A stretch of 64,000 nt of DNA from Phycisphaerae bacterium (GCA_020056715.1 JAGVHG010000106.1:1153-65152); one strand, 5' to 3'. Positions 20,792 to 29,066 are shown, counted from the stretch's first letter. Notes: generated by a model from the letters alone, not told the origin. A program made the numbers and translations.

Positions 20792-21349
20792 ATGTCGGAC
20801 CGTGCGCCAAAAATCTTGCTCGTCGAGCCTGACCCCGACATGGTCGACATGCTGGTCGGATTGCTGCGGCGACGCTTCGACGCCCAGGTGACTTGCGTGA
20901 GCAACGCCGAATCCTGCCTGAGCACCGACCTCTTCGATCCGCACGATTTGGTGATCGCGGAGTGGGAGTTGGACGACTCGGACGGCCTGCAACTCACGGA
21001 GCACCTAACGATCCTCAGCCCGCGGCCGATCATTTTGCTTGCCGACGAACCCACCAGCCGCGACGCCATAGAGGCCATGAGGCTCGGAGTACGAGATTTG
21101 TTCGTGAAACCATTCCCGTTTCAGGATTTGCTCGACGCTACGGAGCGCGCCGTCGCCGGCAATGAACTGAAGCGTCAACACACGGCCAAGTATCGCCGCA
21201 TGCGCGATCTAGTCCGTCATGTGATTCGAGAACGGCGCGATTTGAACCGCCGCACGGAGCTGGTCTGCCGCGACCTCGTCGAAGCCCACCGACGACTCGT
21301 CCACCGCGTGCTGGCCCACGAAGGCACGCGAGCCAAACAAATCACTTGA
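20792..21349 (+). CDS. Receiver-domain protein lacking the phospho-acceptor Asp, with coiled-coil tail
   Basis: ILLVEPDPDMV; DLVIAEWELDDSDG, where Glu sits at the CheY D57 position; IILLADEP, where Ala sits at the T87 position; LFVKPF keeps the conserved Lys. ATG at 20792; the track ORF start lies within the repeat. Confidence 0.7.
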   Translation: MSDRAPKILLVEPDPDMVDMLVGLLRRRFDAQVTCVSNAESCLSTDLFDPHDLVIAEWELDDSDGLQLTEHLTILSPRPIILLADEPTSRDAIEAMRLGVRDLFVKPFPFQDLLDATERAVAGNELKRQHTAKYRRMRDLVRHVIRERRDLNRRTELVCRDLVEAHRRLVHRVLAHEGTRAKQIT

Positions 21350-21446
21350 CGGAATTTTCGATTGTCGAATGGACGGAACAGGCACGAAGGCACTGAGGCA
21401 CGTAGGCTCGCAGGGGATGTCGGGTCGATGACCCAGGCTACGGGGC

Positions 21447-21926
21447 TCAGGCGGGCTTTTTCGGCGAGCGCGGGCGCCGTGATGAGAATAGAGAGGCGAA
21501 GAAGAATACCACCGACATCACCGTAGAGAAGGCTATGCCTCCGTTGAATGCCTCCCACCTCTGGGTAGTGTGTTCGCACCTGGTTTCGGCTTCGTGGCAT
21601 GCTTCCTCTGCCTGCGAGAGTGTTCTGGTTTCGGCTAAGTACCACTGTTTCCGCTCCTCCTTCCGCTCCTTGCGCCGGTCTTGCTCTTTGCGTATTAGCC
21701 TTCTGAGCGGGTTGTCAGGGCCTCCTACAAGGAGATCCGCGTTCTCGCTGGATTCGAAATTCACGCTGAGGCGGTCCTCTCTCTCGACCGAGTCTGTCTT
21801 GTCGCGGATCGTCTGCTTAATTCCGCTGACGCGACTGCCCAACTCGAAGAGTTCATCCCCACACCGTCGAAGCGAGTCTTCTCCACGCGCAACGTACAGC
21901 GCGATGGCTGCTGCTCCCGATATCAC
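21447..21926 (-). CDS. Hypothetical protein with charged coiled-coil centre and C-terminal TM
   Basis: Sits in a lower-GC stretch. GTG start at 21926. The upstream in-frame sequence (LVLVLLAV...) would complete an N-terminal TM but has no canonical start codon. Confidence 0.4.
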   Translation of the reverse strand: MISGAAAIALYVARGEDSLRRCGDELFELGSRVSGIKQTIRDKTDSVEREDRLSVNFESSENADLLVGGPDNPLRRLIRKEQDRRKERKEERKQWYLAETRTLSQAEEACHEAETRCEHTTQRWEAFNGGIAFSTVMSVVFFFASLFSSRRPRSPKKPA

Positions 21927-22012
21927 GGCCAGCAGGACCAGGACTAGGGATCGGATTCTCAGGGGCGTCTCCTGAAATCGACTCTAAATGATGAATGCGA
22001 GAGTCAGTAGAG

Positions 22013-22052
22013 TCTGCTGTGCGGACCAATCGTACGACGGTTGACCCTGAAA
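22013..22052. repeat. 40-bp direct repeat, copy A
   Basis: tctgctgtgcggaccaatcgtacgacggttgaccctgaaa, 39/40 identical to 22342-22381. Confidence 0.9.
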
Positions 22053-22070
22053 TGGTCCGCGGAGCGGACC

Positions 22071-22307
22071 CTACGGCTCTGGAAAGCCGTCAGGCCAGTT
22101 TTCATCGCATTGTCCACCCAAAAGGCTTAGGTCTGGGGTTCGCTCTTTGCGCGCAATGGCCCATGACATAAAAAAGTTGTTACGCATCTTATTGGACCCG
22201 AAGTCCTTGTTACATCGATTGCAAAAGAAGATCAGATAGGCGTCGGAACCTAATTCACCCGCCCGGTTTCCACACTTTATGCAAAGGCGTTGTCCAGTTT
22301 CGCTCAC
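22071..22307 (-). CDS. Small CxxC...CxxC zinc-ribbon-like protein
   Basis: 78 aa with CIKCGN...CNRCNK and a GTG start. The 22141-22260 stretch is 43-48% GC by hand count. Confidence 0.4.
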   Translation of the reverse strand: MSETGQRLCIKCGNRAGELGSDAYLIFFCNRCNKDFGSNKMRNNFFMSWAIARKERTPDLSLLGGQCDENWPDGFPEP

Positions 22308-22341
22308 TGCCTATGTCCCTTTTCCAACGTAGTCGGTAGCG

Positions 22342-22381
22342 TCCGCTGTGCGGACCAATCGTACGACGGTTGACCCTGAAA
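22342..22381. repeat. 40-bp direct repeat, copy B
   Basis: tccgctgtgcggaccaatcgtacgacggttgaccctgaaa. It lies 35 nt upstream of the 22307 start on the minus strand. Confidence 0.9.
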
Positions 22382-22413
22382 CTCAACCGGTGCCGAACCA
22401 TCCGAGCGGCGAT

Positions 22414-22704
22414 TCATTGCCATGCTCGCATTGCCCGGTCGAGTACCGGATAGGCCCACCTGTCCACTTCCCGTTGTGCCGCCTCAACGCTACCGTTCTT
22501 GGTGGCGTAAATCGGTGCATTCAAGATCAACTCAGTACAACAGCGTGCAATGCTCGCCGGGTCTCCCCGTCGAATCACCCACTCAAGCCTCGACAGGCCT
22601 AGTAGCCCAGTTATGCCCTCGGCAGTAAACCTTACCACTGCGGTGTCAGGTTGGTCGGTCGCGTAAATGTACTTGAACCCTTCTAACCGTGCTTTCGTTT
22701 TCAT
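22414..22704 (-). CDS. Hypothetical protein (96 aa)
   Basis: ATG-initiated ORF with protein-like composition. No recognisable motif. Confidence 0.4.
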   Translation of the reverse strand: MKTKARLEGFKYIYATDQPDTAVVRFTAEGITGLLGLSRLEWVIRRGDPASIARCCTELILNAPIYATKNGSVEAAQREVDRWAYPVLDRAMRAWQ

Positions 22705-22782
22705 CGTCTGACGATCCTATGACCAGCGTGTCGCACTGGTCTTCTGGCGATGAATCTTCGGACCAGCGAGTTAGAAACCACG

Positions 22783-23955
22783 TTAATCAATGCACAACGA
22801 ATCCATGATGCCGAGCATGAATGCGTCCGCCGCATCCGTGTAGGCATCTCCAGGGACGAATATTCCGAGGAAATACAGAAACCCGCCTGCAATCGAATCA
22901 AGGTTGTACACCACGGTGCCCGCGGGGTCCGTCGCTGTGGGTTCGATTGATACGGTCAGGAATGCGTTCGTTCCATCCGCAAGAGTGTACGGGAAAGAGT
23001 TAACGATGGTCGAACCAAAGTTGGTTTCCCTTTGCTGATTGCGGGAAGCAACGTAATCCTCCAAAGATTGAGGAGGAACATCCTCAACCAATGTGCCAAC
23101 CGCCATTACTCTGCTCCCGAACGCAAACGCCCATTGTGCGGAGAAAAGTCCGAGTCCGTCATCGTCCATCGATTCGGCGACGGCTGGTAAGTCGAAGCCA
23201 AAGTGGTAATCCGCGTTATAGAACGTCGTTTCGCAGAAGCTCGTGTATGGATCGTTGTCGCACGAGTTAGCGAGGGTCCGTTCATCGAAATCGGAACAGC
23301 CGTCGCCATCGGAATCGCGGACGTTGTTCGGGTTGTCCGTCGGATCGTTTGGATCGGTTCCGGGAGTGCTGTTGAGTTCCACATCGTCGGAGAAGCCATC
23401 CCCGTCCGAATCCACGGGCGTGTTCGGATCGTTGTCGCAGAAGTTGGGGAAGTTCAACTCGTCATAGTCAGAGCAGCCGTCACCGTCGGAATCGCGGACG
23501 TTGTTCGGATTGTCCGTTGGGTCGTGCGGGTCGGTTCCGGTTGTGCCGTTGATCTCTTTATCGTCGGAGAACCCATCCCCGTCAGAATCCACGGGCGTAT
23601 TCGGATCGTTGTCGCAGAAGCCATCGAAATTGAGTTCGTCGTAATCCGAGCAGCCGTCACCGTCGGAATCGCGGACGTTGTTCGGATTGTCCGTCGGGTC
23701 ATTCGGATCGGTGCCAGGCGTGCCGTTGATCTCTTTATCATCGGAGAACCCATCCCCGTCAGAATCCACAGGGGGGGCGGGTCGGGTTGGATTGGGTTCG
23801 CTTGAGTTGAGTTGAGTTGGGCCGGGAGCCGTGACCGTCGCCCCACAGCCGCCCGCCGATGACTGGCCGAGCGTAAGCGGAAGAAGTAATACGACGAACG
23901 ATAACCCCCACATCCAATTCAGACGATTCCGATTCAGGAAGCGCACCTGTGCCAT
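22783..23955 (-). CDS. Secreted protein with thrombospondin type-3-like calcium-binding repeats
   Basis: Signal peptide MAQVRFLNRNRLNWMWGLSFVVLLLPL. ATG at 23955 is preceded by GGAGA 7 nt upstream. Repeated DSDGDGFSDD and DSDGDGCSDYDE motifs are followed by a unique C-terminal domain. Confidence 0.75.
   Translation of the reverse strand: MAQVRFLNRNRLNWMWGLSFVVLLLPLTLGQSSAGGCGATVTAPGPTQLNSSEPNPTRPAPPVDSDGDGFSDDKEINGTPGTDPNDPTDNPNNVRDSDGDGCSDYDELNFDGFCDNDPNTPVDSDGDGFSDDKEINGTTGTDPHDPTDNPNNVRDSDGDGCSDYDELNFPNFCDNDPNTPVDSDGDGFSDDVELNSTPGTDPNDPTDNPNNVRDSDGDGCSDFDERTLANSCDNDPYTSFCETTFYNADYHFGFDLPAVAESMDDDGLGLFSAQWAFAFGSRVMAVGTLVEDVPPQSLEDYVASRNQQRETNFGSTIVNSFPYTLADGTNAFLTVSIEPTATDPAGTVVYNLDSIAGGFLYFLGIFVPGDAYTDAADAFMLGIMDSLCID
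23239..23769 (-). repeat. Three tandem 59-aa (177-nt) coding repeats
   Basis: VDSDGDGFSDDKEINGTPGTDPNDPTDNPNNVRDSDGDGCSDYDELNF..FCDNDPNTP occurs three times with few substitutions. Confidence 0.85.
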
Positions 23956-24063
23956 TGTCGGGTCTCCGTAAGTAATCCGCCCGACTCGTGACAAAGAACC
24001 GACTTTCGCCCTCTGTCGGGCACGCTTAACTATACATCACCATTGGGGGAGAGCAAATTCGGT

Positions 24064-24364
24064 TTGAGGTCATCCGAAAACCCCCTCACCCGGCCCTCTC
24101 CCCCTGTGTGGGAGTACGTGTTTAGCGTAGCGTTTGGCAGTATGGAGTTCGTGTACACGCCGAAGGCGTGTCGGCCCGCAGCCCAGGGTTGTCCCGGCAC
24201 GCCGGGACTACCCTGGGATCACGGGGTATCAAGCCATACAACCCCAACGGGGTTGTGTCCGCGGAAGCCGTAACCCCGATGGGGTATTTGGCGTTCGTCG
24301 CCGTTGACCCAGGGTAGCGCCTTCGGCGCAACCCTGGGCTTGAGGTCATGACCCCGTTGGGGTC
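24064..24364. repeat. Cluster of GC-rich hairpins (REP-like) bounded by a 10-bp direct repeat
   Basis: ttgaggtcat occurs at 24064-24073 and 24340-24349. Hairpins: acacgcc-gaa-ggcgtgt, cccaggg..tgtcccggc-ac-gccgggac..ccctggg, acaacccc-aa-cggggttgt, accccgatggggt, cccaggg..gcgcc-ttcg-gcgc..ccctggg, gaccccgttggggtc. Confidence 0.8.
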
Positions 24365-24390
24365 GATCGCTTGTGCACACTTCAAATGGC

Positions 24391-24774
24391 TTAGAAGAGT
24401 CTCGCGGCGAGATCATACAGGACGATGGCCGCGGTAAGCGCGATGGCGGCCTTGACGGGGAGGGGCATCGTTTTGGGCGGCGGCTCGACCAGACGCAAGG
24501 CGTGATAGATTTCTTCGGGGTCTTCGCTTTCGAGTGCCTCATCGCGGCACTCGGCGATCAGCCGTCCGGTCTCCACCGCAGATAGATGGAACTGCGCCGC
24601 ATAACGCACCATGCGCCGACGGCGGCTCGGCGTAAGCCGACCCGAACGCAACTCTTGGGAGATCATCGCCCGAAAGATTTCTTTGGTGTCGATGCGCCGC
24701 GTATAGTCGTGGGGAGAGTATCCACCCGTGAAACCGCCCCCGTCGTCACGATCGAATTCGTGCACGTTTTCCAT
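24391..24774 (-). CDS. Hypothetical tail-anchored protein (127 aa)
   Basis: Protein-like composition with a single C-terminal TM (LPVKAAIALTAAIVLYDLAA). No known motif. Confidence 0.45.
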   Translation of the reverse strand: MENVHEFDRDDGGGFTGGYSPHDYTRRIDTKEIFRAMISQELRSGRLTPSRRRRMVRYAAQFHLSAVETGRLIAECRDEALESEDPEEIYHALRLVEPPPKTMPLPVKAAIALTAAIVLYDLAARLF

Positions 24775-24876
24775 CCCCTTCCACCAATAATAGCGCGGCC
24801 GCGAAGCGATTTCAGCTTAGTTACGCCCCCATACGTCCGAACGCACCAAGGGCCGATATTATGGGAATCCCGAATT

Positions 24877-24901
24877 TCGTAACTCGTAACTCGTAACTCG
24901 T
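24877..24901. repeat. Heptanucleotide tandem repeat (TCGTAAC) x 3.5
   Basis: tcgtaactcgtaactcgtaactcgt, 6 nt downstream of the ABC permease stop on the minus strand. Confidence 0.9.
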
Positions 24902-24906
24902 CCGCG

Positions 24907-26601
24907 TTAGACTTCGACGCGATTGAAATGCCTTGCCCCGACCCAGAGCGCCAACACCCCGGCCGCAATGGCGACCAGCGCCGCGACCGCACAGAGCATG
25001 AGTGATCGGGCGTCGGGCAAGGTATTGGCGGCAAGATATCGCGACTGCCAAGTCGCCAGGCCCACGCCCGTCAGCACGATTGCGACCAACGCCACCGAAG
25101 CCAGCAGGTTCGTCGTACCTCCCAACCCGCTGGCAATGCGGGCGACGTTGCTTTGCCCGAACATGGGAAGACGCGCCCCGATCCCCACCGAAAAACCGCA
25201 CAATCCGAAACAAATCGCCATCGTCACGACCAAGTGAATCGCGGTCCAAACCATGTCCAGATTGAGCATGAACGCGGCCAAGCTCATCGCCCCCACCGCC
25301 ACCAGCACCGTCACGGTCATCGAGAAGGCGAACTTCGCGAGCAGCACTCGCCCTCGCGCCAGCGGCAAAACGCCCATCAGCCAAAGTTTCTGTCCCTCGA
25401 GTGACACCAACGGAAACACAAACCGGCAGGTGAAAGTCGCCAGGATCAGGCTTACCGCGCACAGGTTCAGGAACGGGATAAACAAAAACCACCCCGACGC
25501 GGAAAACTCCATACGCAGGGTCGGCATGTTCGTCAGATACAAGACCAGCAACCCGAACAGGATCGTAAGTTGGCTCCATTGCGCCGGATCGCGAAAGAAC
25601 GTGCGGAGGTCCTTGGCCGCGATCAGTCGCAAAGGGAGCGGCAGATAAAAGAACACCCAGCCCGCCGGCCCACCCGACGCCTCCGCCGCGGGCCTCCGTC
25701 CGCCGCCGCGGCTCGACGAAGCCCGATCGTACGCCCCGTCGAAGTACCCTGAGACGATCCGAACGCCTAACCAACTCAGAAAGAAGGCGTTCGCCAGGGT
25801 GACACCGAGATAGCGAAAAGATACGGGAAATTGCCCGTGGATCGCATTGTCGATCCCGGCGGCGACCCAGTTGTTGGGAAGCAATGCGGACTGCACGAAG
25901 CTCATTCGCGTCAAGAACGCACGCAACCACACTTCCGTCGCCGTCTCGCCCAGTTGAATGGAACGCAACGCGGTAACAATGACCACGACCAGCGCCAAGG
26001 CCGTCAGCAGCGTCACCGCTCGCGTCGCCCGACGCGGAAAGAACCGCGCCACGCCCCATGCGAGCAGCAATCCGATGGCCCCCGGGATGGGAATGAACGC
26101 CAGGAAGAATGCAAGGAAAAACAGATAGAACATCGGTTCTTCAGAAGTGGCCGCCATCGCGAACATCATCGGAAGCCCCAACAGAACCAGCGACCAACTC
26201 GACAATACAAGACATTCCAGGTACTTGAACGTCACCACGTCGAGCGGCGCGATCGGTAGGGTCAACAAATAGGGCGACTCCGATTTCCCGAACAGCGCCC
26301 CATAAGCAATGATCGCGTTCGAGAAGGTCAGCAGAGCCAGCATGGCCACGAAAAAGAAATTGAACACGAGCGGAATCGCGACGGTGGCTTCGAGCGGTGT
26401 TCGCGAAAGCTGCAAGAACACCAATCGAAACAACCCGTACAATCCCACCCAGATCAGCCCGATTAACACCACTGCCGCGGCGAGGCGCACCGGCGCATCG
26501 TGAACCGCCTGAGCGATACGGTTCGTCACTATCCTTCCGCGAACGGAAAGCAGCAACCCCAACTTGGCTCCTATGCCATCGAGCGCGGGCGTCTCACTCA
26601 T
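24907..26601 (-). CDS. Large polytopic ABC exporter permease-like membrane protein
   Basis: More than 12 predicted hydrophobic helices. ATG at 26601 overlaps the ATPase stop by 8 nt (ATGAGTGA), implying translational coupling. Confidence 0.7.
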   Translation of the reverse strand: MSETPALDGIGAKLGLLLSVRGRIVTNRIAQAVHDAPVRLAAAVVLIGLIWVGLYGLFRLVFLQLSRTPLEATVAIPLVFNFFFVAMLALLTFSNAIIAYGALFGKSESPYLLTLPIAPLDVVTFKYLECLVLSSWSLVLLGLPMMFAMAATSEEPMFYLFFLAFFLAFIPIPGAIGLLLAWGVARFFPRRATRAVTLLTALALVVVIVTALRSIQLGETATEVWLRAFLTRMSFVQSALLPNNWVAAGIDNAIHGQFPVSFRYLGVTLANAFFLSWLGVRIVSGYFDGAYDRASSSRGGGRRPAAEASGGPAGWVFFYLPLPLRLIAAKDLRTFFRDPAQWSQLTILFGLLVLYLTNMPTLRMEFSASGWFLFIPFLNLCAVSLILATFTCRFVFPLVSLEGQKLWLMGVLPLARGRVLLAKFAFSMTVTVLVAVGAMSLAAFMLNLDMVWTAIHLVVTMAICFGLCGFSVGIGARLPMFGQSNVARIASGLGGTTNLLASVALVAIVLTGVGLATWQSRYLAANTLPDARSLMLCAVAALVAIAAGVLALWVGARHFNRVEV

Positions 26602-27346
26602 CACTCGCCTCGGTGAGTTGGAGGAAAACATCCTCCAGCGAATGTTCCCGCTGCGCCTGGGTCTTGAGTTGATCGAGTGTACCCAAGGCGATCAATTCCC
26701 CGCGATGGATGATACCGATGCGGTCGGCCAGGGTCTCGGCGATTTCGAGGGTGTGGGTGCTCATGAAGATTGTGCCGCCGCCGCGAGTGTGTTCGGTGAA
26801 GAGGTTCTTGACCGACCGAACCGTGCGCGGATCCAATCCGACCATCGGCTCGTCGATGACTAGCACCACCGGCTCGTGCAACAACGCCGCCGCCAGCACC
26901 ACCTTCTGCTTCATCCCGTGACTGTAGCTCTCCGTGAGGTGGTCCAAGAACTCTCCGATGTCCAATCGCCGGATGAGCGTGTTGAGCTTGCGGTCCCGTT
27001 GTTGCGTAGTGATGCCGAACATCTCGGCCACAAAGTAGAGAAACTCCCGGCCGGTCAGTTTGTCATAAATGAACGGTTGATCCGGTACGTAAGCCAGTCG
27101 GGCCTTGGCCGCTACGCCGTTGGAACCGATCGCGTGGCCGCAAACCGCAACGTAACCTTCGTCCGGCCGCAACAACCCCACGATCATCTTGATCGTGGTC
27201 GTCTTTCCGGCCCCGTTGGGACCGAGGAATGCGAACAACTCGCCTCGCGGAATTTCCAACGACAAGTTCCGCACCGCCAGCGTTCGTCCGTACGATTTCC
27301 GAACCCCGGCCAAGACGATCGCCGGCTCGCCGACGAAATCGGTCAT
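26594..27346 (-). CDS. ABC transporter ATP-binding protein (ABC-2 type)
   Basis: Walker A GPNGAGKTT, signature YSHGMKQKVVLAAAL, Walker B VLVIDEPMVGLD. Confidence 0.9.
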   Translation of the reverse strand: MTDFVGEPAIVLAGVRKSYGRTLAVRNLSLEIPRGELFAFLGPNGAGKTTTIKMIVGLLRPDEGYVAVCGHAIGSNGVAAKARLAYVPDQPFIYDKLTGREFLYFVAEMFGITTQQRDRKLNTLIRRLDIGEFLDHLTESYSHGMKQKVVLAAALLHEPVVLVIDEPMVGLDPRTVRSVKNLFTEHTRGGGTIFMSTHTLEIAETLADRIGIIHRGELIALGTLDQLKTQAQREHSLEDVFLQLTEASDE

Positions 27347-28170
27347 CGTTGCCTCGTCCTCCTCCCGCTCAGCGACTCCCGCCGCGCCTTTACCCGCTCA
27401 GTCTCATCGAAACCGGCCTGGCGAACGATCCGCAACGAGCCTACCACCGGAAGCGTAACTTCCTGCACCTGCACCCGACCATCGGCGTCGACCCACGCCT
27501 TGGCGCTGGGTGATTCCACCACCAAACAGTTCTTCACGCCCTCCGGCGTGGCGATTCGCTCCTCGCCGGTGACCTCGACGAGCAGCGGGATGAACCGGTT
27601 CCCCACGCCCGTCAGCATGGCCACGGGGTTGACCACCTGCATCCGCCACTTCGTCCCCACTTGCAGGTTGCTAAGCTCCGAGAATGGGTTGAAGGCCCCG
27701 GTGAACAGTCCCCCGCTGCTTAGCGGGATCTTAAAGGCCTTGTCGATCGGACCGCTCTCGAAGGTGAACGAAAAGTCCGAGGGAAACCGTTCACCGTGGA
27801 GCTTCAGGTCGGCCTCCTCCGTTTCTAGCCGTAGCGTAAACTCATCGAGAACGCCCTCCACCGTGTAGTCCGAGTTGACCGTCACGCGTAGCGGCGTGAT
27901 CTCCACCGGCAAGCGCTCAACCCAGATTAAATCTTCGCGGCGGATGGCCGTCTCGTCGATTTGATACGTAGTCCAGACCGTCCCCACCTTGCCAAAGTCG
28001 CCGGAAATCGTGAATTGTGCTCGGCTTTCGTTTTTCCCTTGCCGGTGCAAGATTCGCAACGGAGGCGGGTCCATCGCCGTCCATGTCGGCCAAACGTCAT
28101 GCGCGACCAGCCAACTCATCGCCGCCAACCACGCGGGTACGATCAACAATCCCGTTGTACGTGTAAACAA
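27343..28170 (-). CDS. Hypothetical N-terminally anchored protein, first gene of the ABC exporter operon
   Basis: N-terminal TM GLLIVPAWLAAMSWLVA followed by a beta-rich-looking domain. Its stop overlaps the ATPase start by 4 nt. Confidence 0.6.
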   Translation of the reverse strand: MFTRTTGLLIVPAWLAAMSWLVAHDVWPTWTAMDPPPLRILHRQGKNESRAQFTISGDFGKVGTVWTTYQIDETAIRREDLIWVERLPVEITPLRVTVNSDYTVEGVLDEFTLRLETEEADLKLHGERFPSDFSFTFESGPIDKAFKIPLSSGGLFTGAFNPFSELSNLQVGTKWRMQVVNPVAMLTGVGNRFIPLLVEVTGEERIATPEGVKNCLVVESPSAKAWVDADGRVQVQEVTLPVVGSLRIVRQAGFDETERVKARRESLSGRRTRQR

Positions 28171-28270
28171 TACCCAAGCCCCCTGAACTGCCGCTTCCGT
28201 ATGCGAACCGCTGATTGTAGGGCCAATTCAAGAGTACGGTCAATCCTCATCTTCTGTCTATCTTGAGTCG

Positions 28271-28305
28271 CAATCGACAATCGACATTCGACAATCGACA
28301 ATCCG
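28271..28305. repeat. Heptanucleotide tandem repeat (CAATCGA) x 5
   Basis: caatcga caatcga cattcga caatcga caatccg, in the divergent intergenic region between 28170 (-) and 28348 (+). Confidence 0.9.
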
Positions 28306-28347
28306 CCGTCTGTGCTGACTCAAGGCTTGAAAAGCAAGTTCCGACGA

Positions 28348-29052
28348 ATGGCGAGGCGTGCGGCGCTCTTCGGGGCGATCCTCGCGCCGGTCACATTAGT
28401 CGGACTTTGGCTGGCCTTCCAACACAAACCGGCGTGGTATCAGCCTGCCCGATTGGATGAACAAGGCTACCAGCTTGCCCGTCGTGACTCCGTGGCGACG
28501 GCCGACTCCATCAGCGATCAGCTTGTCCAGGGGAAGGAATTCGAATTGGTTCTCACCGACCGGTTGGTGAACGAATGGCTTGCCGCCCTACCCAGCATTT
28601 GGCCGGAGGCGAAGCAGACCTTGCCCGATGAACTCCGCGATCCCGCCGTGCGATTCGCGGAGGACCGCATTCGCTTCGCTGCGCACTTTGACAAAAACGG
28701 CTGGCAGGCGATCGTCAGTGTCGATCTGTTCGTCCGAGTGCCAGACGACGGTACGAGCGTAACCATCGCCTTGGCCGGTGCTCGCGGCGGGTCGCTGCCC
28801 GTGCCCCGCACGATAATCGAACGCCTTCTACGGCCGTTGATCGAACATTCGCAAAGCGGCGGTAAGAACCACGATGCCGACGCGATCTCGCCGTGGGATG
28901 CCGCGGTCAAAAGTGTTCGATCCGTGGATCAACTCTTTGCCGGTGTGACCTCCCGCAACCGCTTCGTCTGGCCCAACGGCAAGCGTCCCTTCCGGATCGC
29001 CTCGATCCGCGCTACCAACGGCGAGCTTCGTATCCGTCTGCAACCTCTCTAA
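28348..29052 (+). CDS. Hypothetical membrane-anchored protein
   Basis: MARRAALFGAILAPVTLVGLWLAF N-terminal anchor. ATG at 28348; the track start 28312 is a GTG. Confidence 0.55.
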   Translation: MARRAALFGAILAPVTLVGLWLAFQHKPAWYQPARLDEQGYQLARRDSVATADSISDQLVQGKEFELVLTDRLVNEWLAALPSIWPEAKQTLPDELRDPAVRFAEDRIRFAAHFDKNGWQAIVSVDLFVRVPDDGTSVTIALAGARGGSLPVPRTIIERLLRPLIEHSQSGGKNHDADAISPWDAAVKSVRSVDQLFAGVTSRNRFVWPNGKRPFRIASIRATNGELRIRLQPL

Positions 29053-29066
29053 ACCATGGACACGCG

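Noticed and set aside
21350-22780. A mobile element (IS, integron cassette or prophage) as the explanation for the low-GC islet; also considered for 57168-58271.
   Set aside because: No transposase, integrase, terminal inverted repeats or attC-like structure could be identified. Only the 40-bp direct repeat is present, so horizontal origin remains an inference from composition.
24040-24385. A tRNA, tmRNA, RNase P or other known RNA gene in the hairpin-rich block.
   Set aside because: I could find no cloverleaf, no GTTCRANYC T-loop, no CCA-adjacent acceptor pairing and no RNase P GAGGAAAGUCC-type motif. The hairpins resemble dispersed REP-like units. This cannot be excluded without an Rfam scan.
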